DNA of 64,000 bases from IMG/VR virus record IMGVR_UViG_3300045996_003052, positions 11,743-75,742 of that record; one strand, written 5' to 3'. Position 1 is the stretch's first letter. Every line of letters begins with the position of its first letter. Of the stretch, positions 49,101 to 58,450 are shown piece after piece. The position numbers were made by a program, and so were the translations under genes. The notes under the pieces are model-generated. The model saw only the letters and a program-made list of their open reading frames with translations, did no database searches and had not been told where the DNA came from. The DNA is from a virus.

Positions 49101-51216
49101 GGTTAAGCTCGTCTTCCGTGCTCTCCCACTTATGGAGCCCGGTTATGGTACCGTCTACCACGGTACTGTAGTCGGCCTGTTCCTTCTTAGCGCGCTCCAT
49201 GTTCTCACGAAGCTGCTTAAGGAACTGCCCAGTCTGATCAAGCGCATTAAACAACTTGCCTTGACCGTTAGCCCAGTCGATTGAAGTCTTTAGCGCCTGC
49301 TTATTCCGCTCAATGAGCCCGTCTTGGGTCATGATGAACAGCTCGGCGTCCGTCCTCATGTCCCGCCACATTCGGCGAGCGTTGCCAAATGAAAGTACTT
49401 CTCGCGCCGCGGCAAAGTCGCGGACGACTGCCGCCAACCCCTTAGACGTTTGCGAAAGAAGTAAGCTGAATTCGTTCCAGCCTTTCAGGACCCCCGCCAG
49501 CACTTGGAGGCTTACGCGGCCAAACGGAACTAAAGCCTCCGCGGCACGCACGGTAAAGATTGCTACATCCTCAATTAAGCCCACTATGCGGCTAATGTTA
49601 TCAGCGCTCGTCTTACCGAACGTCTGGGAAAATAAAGTACCGATGTGGAACAGTGCCTCGCGAAGCACAGGAGAAAGGTTAACGGCAAGCGCGAGTTTAT
49701 TTACCCAGTTCGTCCAGTGGACCTGCATGATTTGCATGCGGTCAGACAACGTGAGCGTAAAGTCGCCGAGGTTCTTAAGATGTTCCTCAATCTTCTTGAG
49801 CGACATCTCATAAAAGGCTTGCACGCGGTTTGCCGCGGTCATCGCCTCAACGGTCGTGTGGTGGGCCTTCGCCCACTCGCGGTTAGCCTCACCGACCTTA
49901 ACGATGATGCCGAGGTTGTCCAAGATGCGCGGAGACACACGGCCAAGGGCCAGGACGAGGTCGTCCATCGCACGCGGTGCCTCAATGCCCATGGCGCGGC
50001 CAAGCTTGATGGCCGCCTCACCAAGGAGTCCGAATTTCTCCGGCGTCACCTCGAGACCGAACAACATCGCGCGGTTGGCCTGCCGCATTAAGTCGAAGTC
50101 GGTAATAAGGCCGCGTGTCTTTTCCCGAGCAACCTCAATGGTACGGCCACCAAGCTGACCAATGGCGTTTTGGAGGCGGAAGAAGCCCTCGGAAATCATC
50201 TGCACCTTAGAGCCTTGGGCACCAAGCTCAATAACTGTGCTAATAATTCCGGTGACGCTATCCTTAATAAATCCGAGAGTCTTAACAACAGCCTGGGCGG
50301 CTAGGTCGGCTAGGGTAATTGCCCCAGTAAGCCTAAAGAAGGCCCGGTCAAAGAAGGCACCAGTTTTCGTAGCCTCCGTACCTATCTTACTTGTTTCAAC
50401 GGCTAGCTTCTTCGTCTCATCCGCAAGCTTTTGAAGTGCGGCTGGAGCTTGCTGTCCAAGAGCCTGATACTTCGCGACGGCTTCAGTAACGACCTGATTG
50501 ACTCGGCGCTGCTCGCTCTCGGTAAGTTTTGCCGCACTACCTACCCTAGCGACAGCCGCCGCCATGTTATTGGCAGCACTAATCGTTTTAGAACCGCTAA
50601 ACTCAGCGTAAAGTCTGTTAATTTCGCGTTGCGTCGCTGAAAGGCCTTGGGTCGCTTTCTGTAGCGCGATGAGCTGAGTAGGAGCGGTTCTTCCAAGCGC
50701 TTGGTACTTGGCAATTGCCTCGTTAACGGCGGCACTAACTGCGCGAGTATCAGCAGCGGTAAGCTTAGACGCGCCGCCGATCTCCCGAACAGCCTTGACG
50801 TAATTGAGAGCGTGGGTAATGGTCTTTGTACCACTTACCTGCTCAAGTTCCTTTGCATAGCTCTTAGTAGCGGCAGTAACCTGCCTTGTCGCCTCAAAAA
50901 GTTCCCTTAGCGCTTTTGGAGCCCGTTGACCTAGGGCGGCGTACTTAGCGAGTGCCTCTTCAAGAACGCGGTTGGCCTGGCGGGACTCGTCGGCGGTAAG
51001 CTTAGAGGCTCCGCCAACTTCTCGAATGGCCTGGATGATGGCTTGGGATTGCCGAATAATCCGGTCGCCAGAAAACTGGTTGTAGGCTTTATTGACGTTG
51101 GCGAAGGCCTGGGTAAACTCCGAAGCTACCTTAAGGTACTCATTACGAAGTTTGACAACTTCGCGAAGAGCCTGGGTAACTTCAGCAGTTATCCGGAGTG
51201 TAACTTCATCAGCCAA
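46162..51216 (-). CDS. Tape measure protein
   Basis: 1684 aa, helical and Ala-rich; LGRVSPRILDNLGI; follows the tail chaperones. Confidence 0.9.
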   Translation of the reverse strand: MADEVTLRITAEVTQALREVVKLRNEYLKVASEFTQAFANVNKAYNQFSGDRIIRQSQAIIQAIREVGGASKLTADESRQANRVLEEALAKYAALGQRAPKALRELFEATRQVTAATKSYAKELEQVSGTKTITHALNYVKAVREIGGASKLTAADTRAVSAAVNEAIAKYQALGRTAPTQLIALQKATQGLSATQREINRLYAEFSGSKTISAANNMAAAVARVGSAAKLTESEQRRVNQVVTEAVAKYQALGQQAPAALQKLADETKKLAVETSKIGTEATKTGAFFDRAFFRLTGAITLADLAAQAVVKTLGFIKDSVTGIISTVIELGAQGSKVQMISEGFFRLQNAIGQLGGRTIEVAREKTRGLITDFDLMRQANRAMLFGLEVTPEKFGLLGEAAIKLGRAMGIEAPRAMDDLVLALGRVSPRILDNLGIIVKVGEANREWAKAHHTTVEAMTAANRVQAFYEMSLKKIEEHLKNLGDFTLTLSDRMQIMQVHWTNWVNKLALAVNLSPVLREALFHIGTLFSQTFGKTSADNISRIVGLIEDVAIFTVRAAEALVPFGRVSLQVLAGVLKGWNEFSLLLSQTSKGLAAVVRDFAAAREVLSFGNARRMWRDMRTDAELFIMTQDGLIERNKQALKTSIDWANGQGKLFNALDQTGQFLKQLRENMERAKKEQADYSTVVDGTITGLHKWESTEDELNQTLEAGSKQRDALLKKTAELAAALEMAEKNGVPAATVIKEYGAAITDVSNRSQVFGTAVPDSINRWVDAMEKALPVRDKFIKNVENLERVLQLLPKDIPFEEVLREFGAAIQDANDRSHAFNLKVPAMVASWSDSFRAYRETLANIKQGNEDLEAHITKMGEVQERMLSLKTEFDKKYFKLMDNGREDRLALLDTEYEEAMAKLGPMVQGFETEWMEAASAIGRAHVAATDKVKSTWGSTITELTKTLPQALLSAFSGGGNVMNTISAAIGNVLGPKLFSMEGGGLGKKMSDALTGGSAGGGIASKAGLLGGIARGVLNMIPLIGPIIGMLAGPIAKGIKRLFTGPSMEKKVAADLGREYGQAFSDGLIDKITADAKRLGDRMAATGLHLKAVIEEAGGVTTANVNKWIAKTRDLFVFLERGIITSEEAAKSLNEVIPDLAKTFEKAGGMWNSQFRELIDLTKREGLEIQAVTDLLDAQVTKLAGGTTKVIDGFADKIIKLGEAANSANANLEGGLFGKAGEDAFKTGGNYVKGLTKEIFLLEAEIKDLKDKDKLGELTRKQRENLSQLEEKLKTLQHQFKGLSQTQKEAAEQLDKIAKEGQVEFDRLNRITLRTFNAMVAEGKSPVEAIDAIGASVDKLAKVQEILGLNGSKAFDKLKRWRELVEINRPLLEQAQGLNDILVASINLRALDAEGFADLQAQGLETYAKLKAAGFTESESLQQMKGFLESVILAHEERGEVIDDETAKLIAQAREEGIIKDKQITTNDILMEGLGAIIKAVGGDLPEAWKKMGNEAEIQAKRAAQAAEEAHRKVKDVSGALDRAEGQWQDWGDAAVDAARDAQAAVDGVSFGSSPGGLKEWSPLLNKSRKDMLAFARDGSLAMDSLINRMKLVPELAPEFTADKLGINRVLEQSDSIARQTAIQGAGMVWNGDMNIKTFTLGEEIEMIKKKLAPGVLGAVHDGGKTYEHFESLVRGVRR

Positions 51217-51234
51217 CTAAGGGGTCTGGGTACG

Positions 51235-51898
51235 CTATTTTCCGTGTAGCTTGGCAACCTGGCGTCCCCAGTCCTCCCCTATCCTTTCACAGGCTGCGTC
51301 CAAATCAATGGCAAACATCTTCTCACGCAGAGATAGCTTTTCGTTCGGGTAAATCCAAGAGCTCGGCTTCTGGCCGTACCGGCGCCCCAACCGGTCGAGC
51401 ATGAGCAGCAGCAAGCGGCTGCGGCCCACGAAATTCGGTAGCCTCGTCCTTATTAATGACTGGGGCCTCCTTCTCCTCACCCTCGGGTGAAGCGTAGAAA
51501 ATCCCCAGGAGCTGATCGGACGTCAACATTGTTACCGGAATATGCTCGGGGTTACCGTCATCCTCCTGCACGATGACAGGTTTCACGACGTGGATTATGG
51601 CATACTGGCGCATCGCGTCCAGCATGTCCCTCATCAAGGTTTTATCCACCTGGGCATACTGCTCTAATTGAGTTTGCGGCGGCAATCCATCCGCCTTACG
51701 TTTCTCCGCGTTGGCCGCCAGCTGGGCCTCAAAATTCATCGCGGAGTCCAGCATAGGTAACGGCATCGCATTGTTCAGGAGCATAGTCATCATGTCCATG
51801 CGACGCAACTCGACGGTTAAAGTGCTGTCGATTTTGACGGTGAAAGTGAACCTACGCCGGAAATCTGCCGCCGACGTAGGTTTAAGCTGCTCTGCCAT
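51235..51898 (-). CDS. Tail assembly chaperone (51323-51898) with a +1 frameshift extension (to 51235)
   Basis: Between the major tail and TMP genes; overlapping +1 ORF; in-frame TTT_CGT at 51428-51433. Confidence 0.7.
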
Positions 51899-51925
51899 GG
51901 TCTCGCCTCCAAGGCCTGTTTGAGT

Positions 51926-52621
51926 TTACGCCGACGGCGACACTGAAGCCGAAGGTGACTGGGACCCAGATGGTGATTGTGTTGCCGAGGATGAAGCTGA
52001 CGGCGACGGCGATGACACGCCAAACGTAGCCGCCGCCTTCTCACGACTTAGCTGAAAGATCTGATCGCCTCGGGTACGCGTCGTATCCGGCAGGCACTGG
52101 AACATGACGGCGTAGGTGCTGGGCGCGGTACGACTATAGGTCAGCGGCATCGCGTTAATGGAGATGCACTTGTACGCCACAAGAATCTCGTAGGCGCCGG
52201 CGATGTCGCGTCGAGCCGACGATAAGAAAATCGTCGTATAGAGAGGCGCGATGATGCTCCCGCCACCGCCACCAGTGAAGCCCAGGCGCGTCGCGTTGTT
52301 AACGCTCATGATGTTGTCGAACGTGTGCTTCATGAGGCTGTAATTCCGCTCCTCGGCAACAAACGCGAGGGTCGCGTTCTGTTGGGAAATGAACTTGTCA
52401 AGGATGCCCATGACCTGCTCGGCGAGAATGTCAGTTTTTTCCGACACCCAGGTAAAGGTCGACTCCCCCAGAGTCGCGCCAACGTGGACGCCGGAACTAG
52501 GGACGCCGTTAAGGTGCGGCATCCAAGTAGGTTCACCGCCTTCCACTACGGCGGTAGCCGGCGCGTCAACGTCCATGTAGATGTCTGCTGGACCAACGTG
52601 GATTTCATTGGGTTGTAACAT
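51926..52621 (-). CDS. Major tail tube protein with a Ser/Pro C-terminal tail
   Basis: IHVGPADIY...VGATLG; ends [29 protein letters not shown]. Confidence 0.75.
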   Translation of the reverse strand: MLQPNEIHVGPADIYMDVDAPATAVVEGGEPTWMPHLNGVPSSGVHVGATLGESTFTWVSEKTDILAEQVMGILDKFISQQNATLAFVAEERNYSLMKHTFDNIMSVNNATRLGFTGGGGGSIIAPLYTTIFLSSARRDIAGAYEILVAYKCISINAMPLTYSRTAPSTYAVMFQCLPDTTRTRGDQIFQLSREKAAATFGVSSPSPSASSSATQSPSGSQSPSASVSPSA

Positions 52622-53100
52622 TATCGTTGCATCCTTAGAAAGAAGGTGACCGCCCCCGCCTGGATAAACGGTTTTCCATCACCTTGATTGATCAACGGCG
52701 AGTAATCCTCGTCCCCGGTCCAAAGCGAACAATTTATCTGCTCTACCAAGAGGTTTGGCCTCACCTTATAAAAGTCTTGCACCGCCCTGACGTAACGTTC
52801 TACGATGCGTTGAAGCCGCTCTTCGTCAGTATCCGTAACTTCAACGTAAACGGTAAATTCGTACTCGAGATCACACATTCCGTAACCCTCAGGGTTCCTG
52901 TTAACCCCGCGGGCCGGTCCCATCTGAGCGTTCGGATAATTCTGAGGCGACCACTTTAAAACGGTATAAACCTCGTTAAAAATTTCAGTGGGCGCTTCTT
53001 CTTGTTTCTCCTCAAAAATTCCGATTAAAGTATCCGCGAACTCATGGCTCAGAAGTTGCGTCTTTATCGCGTCCTTCGCGCCCTCAAGGTCGACGGCCAT
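52621..53100 (-). CDS. Tail terminator-like protein
   Basis: Position and size. Confidence 0.5.
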   Translation of the reverse strand: MAVDLEGAKDAIKTQLLSHEFADTLIGIFEEKQEEAPTEIFNEVYTVLKWSPQNYPNAQMGPARGVNRNPEGYGMCDLEYEFTVYVEVTDTDEERLQRIVERYVRAVQDFYKVRPNLLVEQINCSLWTGDEDYSPLINQGDGKPFIQAGAVTFFLRMQR

Positions 53101-53572
53101 CGTGTTCCAACATCCAGTCCCTAATTACTTTTCGGTAATCAGCTACCCTTACCCTCAGCAAAAATGGCCGAGAATCAGCGTGCCAACGCGCGTACGGCAC
53201 CCTAGTGCCGATAACTAATTCACGGGGCCTAACCTGAAGCACCGTATCAGACCCGGCTCCCGACGTTCCGGAGACGCCCGGCATTAGCGAACGCCGAAGT
53301 CGTCGGGTGAGCTCAAGAATCTTACGACCGGGAAAGTGGCGAGCCTTCCAGGCGGCGTACGTAGGATTCAGGTCAGGCCACCCTCCGACTAGTTCCCCCT
53401 CGGTAATAAAGTTTTGCTGAACGGTCTCAAGATAACGTGGCAGGAAAACCCTAACCCAAAATTCCTTCCAGTTACCGAGTCGTTCGGTCAGCTGAAATAA
53501 TGTTCGAGGAAACCTGATGCCTGGGTTCGTCCTCGAATCAATTACTTCTAACTTTAACCTAGGAACCAGCAT
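53084..53572 (-). CDS. Virion morphogenesis protein (Mu gpG-like)
   Basis: NF..EG...W..L.P.Y...K...ILE.T..LRRS...IGT.VPYA..H...RPFL. Confidence 0.75.
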   Translation of the reverse strand: MLVPRLKLEVIDSRTNPGIRFPRTLFQLTERLGNWKEFWVRVFLPRYLETVQQNFITEGELVGGWPDLNPTYAAWKARHFPGRKILELTRRLRRSLMPGVSGTSGAGSDTVLQVRPRELVIGTRVPYARWHADSRPFLLRVRVADYRKVIRDWMLEHDGRRP

Positions 53573-53589
53573 ACCTAAAATCTTATAGC

Positions 53590-54054
53590 TTAAAACACTT
53601 GGTCGCGCGTTGGACGAAACATCTCATCTTCTAAAACAAAATCGGAGATGTTTGAATCCAACTCAGCAACCGCATGAACCGCAACCCCCGTCAATACCGC
53701 GTCCTCTAACACCATCGGGTCGCTTTGGTTACTTAGCTGCGCCAACTTTAACTTAAACTCGTTGAACGCGTCGTTTGCGCCAACGTCATTTGGGTTACGT
53801 ACACCGTAAAACATCGCCTTCAGAATCCGCGCGATTGAACCCTGAATAATAATGTCTTTAACGATTCCCACCGCCTTTGGCGACGTTGTGCCATCTAGAG
53901 GCGTCACGTAGCCTAGACCCTTTAGCACCGAGTTGACGTACGCCTCAACGGCGGCTACAATTTCAGCCGCCTCTTGGGTATTCGGCTTCGACGTCGCGCT
54001 AATCTTTACCTGCGGCGCCTGCCTAAGTACCTGTTCTAGCGTGACGTACGCCAC
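53590..54054 (-). CDS. Head-tail adaptor (Mu gp36-like)
   Basis: MAYVTLEQV...VNSVL...GYVTPL. Confidence 0.65.
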   Translation of the reverse strand: MAYVTLEQVLRQAPQVKISATSKPNTQEAAEIVAAVEAYVNSVLKGLGYVTPLDGTTSPKAVGIVKDIIIQGSIARILKAMFYGVRNPNDVGANDAFNEFKLKLAQLSNQSDPMVLEDAVLTGVAVHAVAELDSNISDFVLEDEMFRPTRDQVF

Positions 54055-54059
54055 CTACC

Positions 54060-54509
54060 CTACTTCTTAGTCGTGGCCGCCGGCGCCGGTCGCGTCGTTG
54101 GTGGCACGACTGGTGCTGCTGGAGGCGCGACAATCCGCTCCGGTGCCTTCTTAACGGCCGCGGCCTTCGTCTCAGCCAGCGCCTTCTGACGCTTCGGCTC
54201 CGCGGCCTTTTCCGCCGGCGTTTTGTTAGCCTCGGTTCGGATAAACGCGTCAGGCTGCGTCTTCCAAAACAACTCGACGCCTGACTCTGGGTTCTCTGGG
54301 TTATTCCGAATAGACTCCAACGCCTTGGCGGTACTCGCGTCGCTGCCGGGTGCCTGTTTCGGCGGATTCTCAAGCGCGTGCCGAACGTCCCAAGCCTCTT
54401 GTTCAGACAGATTAACTGAGTCCCCGGCCTTCAATTCCTTTGAAACGAGGTGGCCACGGCCGTCAGGGTTACCTGCTTTGATTGGCGACTTTACCTTGTA
54501 GCTTCCCAC
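54060..54509 (-). CDS. Head-associated protein with an Ala/Pro/Thr-rich tail
   Basis: Follows the capsid gene; YKVKSPI...LKAGDSVNLSE. Confidence 0.6.
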   Translation of the reverse strand: MGSYKVKSPIKAGNPDGRGHLVSKELKAGDSVNLSEQEAWDVRHALENPPKQAPGSDASTAKALESIRNNPENPESGVELFWKTQPDAFIRTEANKTPAEKAAEPKRQKALAETKAAAVKKAPERIVAPPAAPVVPPTTRPAPAATTKK

Positions 54510-54518
54510 GCTTACCTC

Positions 54519-55439
54519 CTACGAAACCGCAGTTTTGATAAGGTACGCCAGCGTCGGCGCGACAAGCTTCTCCGCCGCAATTTCACGGACACGGAACACG
54601 TCGCAGTTTACCGGGACGTGCCTCCAACGGAAGGTGGCAAGGTCCTCGACGCGAAGCTGGTAGCCGAAGCTTGGCCTCTGGTCAGCGGGCCGTGGGTTGA
54701 TGTACGCCAGGATGACGTCCGTCCCCCACATATCGGCCATGACTTCCGTCTGACCAAGAGCTGCGCTATTGTAGAGCGATGCGCCGATGATCACCCGGTC
54801 GACGCTAAAGAGCGCTGCCAGACGCTGTGGTGTAAGCTGTTCACCATCAAGAAGCTCTGCTCGGATCACTGGGTTACGCCGAAGCGCCGCCCAAACGTCC
54901 CAGCCCATAACCACCGCATTTGGCGTGTAGCCAAACGACGCTTGGATAACAGCGTGCCCAGCGTCGATGTCACCAATCGGATCGCCGCCCGCGGCATCGT
55001 CCCAACGGTTTGCACCGGCAAGCGTGGTGTTTTGGGTGATGTTGGCCGTACTGCGAACAAGGTCAGCGACGCGTTTTTCACGAACGTTGAGCAGATTCTC
55101 CGTCAGGATCTCGACGGTCGTTGTGTCGAGGTTGACGTTGCTCGGTGCCGCCCGACGCTCGCGGTCGTCAATGCGCATCTCCAAGCCGTATTCTTCAGCG
55201 TGGTAGCTCGCCTTGGTGAGCGTCCAGTCGATTTCCTTGTACTGCTTCTTTGGGCGGCGGTGGGCGTCAGGAATATTGAACGCCTCCTTGCCGAAGACAG
55301 AGTACTGCCCATCTTCTTGTGACACCGACAACGCCGGCATGACAAGGTCAGCGATCCTATTTTCTACCCTGAAGGCCAAGGCGATGCTGGTAAGCAGCTG
55401 GTCTTGGCGTACTGACGCGAGATCTTGAAGCTGAGGCAT
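54519..55439 (-). CDS. Major capsid protein (gpE-like)
   Basis: DQLLTSIA...IADLVMP, REKRVADL, W.D...DPIGDI...PN, PSFGY, AYLIKTAV. Confidence 0.85.
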   Translation of the reverse strand: MPQLQDLASVRQDQLLTSIALAFRVENRIADLVMPALSVSQEDGQYSVFGKEAFNIPDAHRRPKKQYKEIDWTLTKASYHAEEYGLEMRIDDRERRAAPSNVNLDTTTVEILTENLLNVREKRVADLVRSTANITQNTTLAGANRWDDAAGGDPIGDIDAGHAVIQASFGYTPNAVVMGWDVWAALRRNPVIRAELLDGEQLTPQRLAALFSVDRVIIGASLYNSAALGQTEVMADMWGTDVILAYINPRPADQRPSFGYQLRVEDLATFRWRHVPVNCDVFRVREIAAEKLVAPTLAYLIKTAVS

Positions 55440-55465
55440 TGACGCCCCTCCTTAAATGTAAAGTT

Positions 55466-55852
55466 CTACGGAACGACGCCCTGCTCCATCGTGACTGCAA
55501 CGAGATCGCCAGCATTCAAACCCGCCTTCGTCGCGATGGCGGAGTACTTTTCTCCAGTCGAGGCAGTTACCCCTCGGCCTACGCCGTCCGGTTTAAGATA
55601 CGCGCCAGCGGAAAATGCCGCGCCAGCCTCGAGCAGCGCCGGCCCCGCGAGGTGTCGAAAGCCAACCTGCGCGCCCGCCGCGGCAAACGGCTTATCGTCT
55701 TGGATGCCGATAATTTGATCTGTTGGTCCAGTTGCCCGGATAACAGTATGGTCGGCAGAAATTGCTAGAAATCGATGATTAGCCGCTGAAAGATCCTCAC
55801 CCGCAAGAAGCGTGTCAGGTGCAACGGCCGCTGGAACTGCTGACTGTCCCAT
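55466..55852 (-). CDS. Capsid decoration/cement protein
   Basis: Small and Ala/Gly-rich (EAGAAFSAGAYL...GRGV); between the protease and MCP genes. Confidence 0.7.
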   Translation of the reverse strand: MGQSAVPAAVAPDTLLAGEDLSAANHRFLAISADHTVIRATGPTDQIIGIQDDKPFAAAGAQVGFRHLAGPALLEAGAAFSAGAYLKPDGVGRGVTASTGEKYSAIATKAGLNAGDLVAVTMEQGVVP

Positions 55853-55878
55853 TGTATCCCTCTCTTTTTAGAATGAAC

Positions 55879-57210
55879 CTATTGCACCGAGCCGCCGTCC
55901 CCGACCGCCGTCTTTGACGCGTAGGCCAAACGACGCTTTTCGTACAGCCCGGGGTTTTCCTTGTCGACGGCCGCAATCGCCTTGTTGATGTCGGCGTCCT
56001 TGTTTTCTTTCTGATACGCCGCCACCTTGTCATCGAACAGCTTGATGGGGTCGCCGTCCGAATCGTTGGTGAATTGCGCGGCGTTCTCGTCGCCATCGTT
56101 GGTCCCATGCTGCGCGTTAAGCTTTACAACGACAGGCATGTCCTTGGTCATCTCCTCGAAGAGGAGCGGGTCGCTCAACGCGAGCTTGATCAGGCTGTCC
56201 TTCTGCTTCGGCACGATTTTGCCGGCTCGAAGCAGCGTGGTAACCTGTGCATCGGCACGATTCTTGTTAAGCTCATCGCGAAGTTTTTTGTTCTCTTCCT
56301 TCTCCGCTGTCAGCTCAGTGGACAGCGCGACGACCTTCGCGTTCGTTTCGGTAAACTTTGTATTGCTCTCGACGAACTGCGCCTGAAGCGCGGCGAAGTC
56401 ACTCTGGAGCTTCACGACGTCGGCGTTCGGCTTGGGATCTTCGGACATTTTCTTCTTGCCTCCATCGGCTGAAAGTGAAACGTACTGAGGAACAACTTCT
56501 TCAGGGTCGCCCGTAAAAGTTACCTCAAACTTACCGTTTACCGAGTACCCAAGCTTGTACAGCTTTGAGTCGAGCTCGTACACAACGTAATCATCAAAAA
56601 CGTCGCGAATCCAAGTATACTGGCCTGAATTTTTGTAGTAGGTATGAAGTGCGTCGGAAATTCGCAAGCGCTGCTGGTCAACTGAGAGGTCAGCTAGAAC
56701 GATGCCCTGCGCCTGTAACTCTGAAAGTTCGACCGCAGCCATTCCCTTAAGAAATGGATAGTTGGTTAAAGCCGCAGACGCCATTACTGTGCCAAGCTGC
56801 TCGCCGCTTTCTGACTGTGCGTCGTAAAAAATGTATGGACTAATGTACTTGAACTCACCGTCCTGAATGTGTTTCGCGGCCTTAGGGGTCCACTCAACGG
56901 TACCCCACAAAGTTTTATCGTCGCGTTTTTCAAGCGACTTAAACCAACCGGCGGCGATCGCTTGGTCAGGAGTCTTAGCGCCAATACTTAGGTGGTGATA
57001 GTCAATAGGAGGTGGGGTACCAAGCTTCGCGTGGTTGGCGATGATCTCGTCGACGTGCTTCTCAGTAATGCTGAACTTACCGTACCGCGAGCTCTTGAAG
57101 AAACCAAGCTTTGCTACCTGGATAGTAGAAACTGGCTTATCGTCAGCTAGGCTAACGGAGTCAGCCTTGAGTTCAATCGAGCTAAGCAGGAGGCCCTTGC
57201 TGGGGTGCAC
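55879..57210 (-). CDS. Mu gpI-like prohead protease/scaffold
   Basis: IDYHH, AAGW, VEWT, FKYISP, ALTNYPFL; coiled-coil C-terminus. Confidence 0.85.
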   Translation of the reverse strand: MHPSKGLLLSSIELKADSVSLADDKPVSTIQVAKLGFFKSSRYGKFSITEKHVDEIIANHAKLGTPPPIDYHHLSIGAKTPDQAIAAGWFKSLEKRDDKTLWGTVEWTPKAAKHIQDGEFKYISPYIFYDAQSESGEQLGTVMASAALTNYPFLKGMAAVELSELQAQGIVLADLSVDQQRLRISDALHTYYKNSGQYTWIRDVFDDYVVYELDSKLYKLGYSVNGKFEVTFTGDPEEVVPQYVSLSADGGKKKMSEDPKPNADVVKLQSDFAALQAQFVESNTKFTETNAKVVALSTELTAEKEENKKLRDELNKNRADAQVTTLLRAGKIVPKQKDSLIKLALSDPLLFEEMTKDMPVVVKLNAQHGTNDGDENAAQFTNDSDGDPIKLFDDKVAAYQKENKDADINKAIAAVDKENPGLYEKRRLAYASKTAVGDGGSVQ

Positions 57211-57217
57211 GTTCTAC

Positions 57218-57246
57218 ATAGTAGGGCCTAGTAGCTAGGTTGTACA
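57218..57246 (-). promoter_or_regulatory. Late promoter (TGTACAACC class), leaderless to the protease GTG
   Basis: TGTACA-17-TACTAT with GTG 7 nt downstream. Confidence 0.65.
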
Positions 57247-57257
57247 GTCGTAAAATA

Positions 57258-57482
57258 TTACGGCTTGTCTTTTTTTAGCTTTTCAGCTTGCGGCGTACCT
57301 TTAAGGTAGCGCTCGAGACTCTCTTCAGTTACTCGACGCATCCCGCCTATCTTTACGGTTTCAAGCGCACCTAAGGCCATGTGGTTACGCACGGTCACGA
57401 TAGAACATTCAGCATAAGCTGCCACATCGTACAATGTGTACAGCTTGCCAAAGCGCCGTTCTAGCTCAGCTTTTCGCGACAT
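57258..57482 (-). CDS. Excisionase-like HTH DNA-binding protein
   Basis: LYTLYDVAAYAECSIVTVRN...GALETVKIGGMRRV...L..YL. Confidence 0.8.
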   Translation of the reverse strand: MSRKAELERRFGKLYTLYDVAAYAECSIVTVRNHMALGALETVKIGGMRRVTEESLERYLKGTPQAEKLKKDKP

Positions 57483-57732
57483 AGATACTTGGTGCCTCTA
57501 CGTTAAGTAAAACTTTAGGGAACGTATCGCCTACCTGCCACTGAAACGCCCCAAGAAAAATTTTACTTTGGCACTGCGGGCATGTTGCCAGCCCCTTCAT
57601 CCCCGGAATGTACGGCAAAGATATTGGGTGAGGGTTACCACAACCGCACATAAATACGACGTGGGCCAAGAAGCCGTAGATTGTCGACTCCTTGGCAACT
57701 CCAACTTTTGGAAATTCTTTAAGGTCAGCCAT
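57466..57732 (-). CDS. Zinc-finger protein
   Basis: CGCG...CPQC. Confidence 0.6.
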   Translation of the reverse strand: MADLKEFPKVGVAKESTIYGFLAHVVFMCGCGNPHPISLPYIPGMKGLATCPQCQSKIFLGAFQWQVGDTFPKVLLNVEAPSIYVAKS

Positions 57733-58448
57733 TAGACCGGCACCACCTTCTGCTCAACCGCCGCGCAGGCCTCGCCCTGCTCCATTATAAGGCGTTCCAG
57801 GTCATCGCGACGAATGCGAAAACGCCCTTTTACGCCCCAATCTTCATCCCAAGAATTTTGGCCATAGACAACACCACCAGGACGCGCTGTATCATTCCAA
57901 CCAGTCGTCTTTACGCAGTGACCGCCTTCCACGATGCCGCTGACCTTAATATACCCCTCGGAATCCGGTTCAAACATACCGGTATACCAATTAACTCCTA
58001 GTACCACCGTACCAAAATTAGAAAGATGCCACGCTCGAACATCTTCAACCCCCTCAGCCCAGAGGTAACTCTTAACGCGGCCGGTCTTCTGAAGATGCTT
58101 AGCGCCCGCCCGTACCGAGGTACCAAATTGGCGTTCGGTATCGTTATCGTTTTCAGACCACTCGTCGTCCTTTATAAATTGGTCATACAGGTACATCGGG
58201 TCCATGTCGGCTGTAGGCTTAATCATCAAGGGGGCTCCCTGTGACCAAGCCGCCCACCCATGACCCACGCAAGTACCAGTATTACCTTGGTCGAGGACTG
58301 GACCGGACCTGTAATGGCGAGTTCCTGGCGGCAAACCACGCGGAAAAAATTGTTCCCTCAGCGGATCCAACATTAACCGCATCGGAAAATTCTTATCACG
58401 CGCGTCAGGAGCAAACCGTCGACCTAAACCTTTACCTTCGAATGACAT
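57732..58448 (-). CDS. Papain-like (C1) cysteine protease
   Basis: LDQGNTGTCVG, GGHCV, QNSWDEDWG. Confidence 0.85.
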   Translation of the reverse strand: MSFEGKGLGRRFAPDARDKNFPMRLMLDPLREQFFPRGLPPGTRHYRSGPVLDQGNTGTCVGHGWAAWSQGAPLMIKPTADMDPMYLYDQFIKDDEWSENDNDTERQFGTSVRAGAKHLQKTGRVKSYLWAEGVEDVRAWHLSNFGTVVLGVNWYTGMFEPDSEGYIKVSGIVEGGHCVKTTGWNDTARPGGVVYGQNSWDEDWGVKGRFRIRRDDLERLIMEQGEACAAVEQKVVPV

Positions 58449-58450
58449 GT

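Noticed and set aside
46352-50910. Multiple + strand ORFs inside the tape measure gene
   Set aside because: Antisense shadows of a long GC-rich gene.
57258-57482. Integration/excision module
   Set aside because: Only an Xis-like HTH is present; no integrase, att site or repressor pair is visible in the window.
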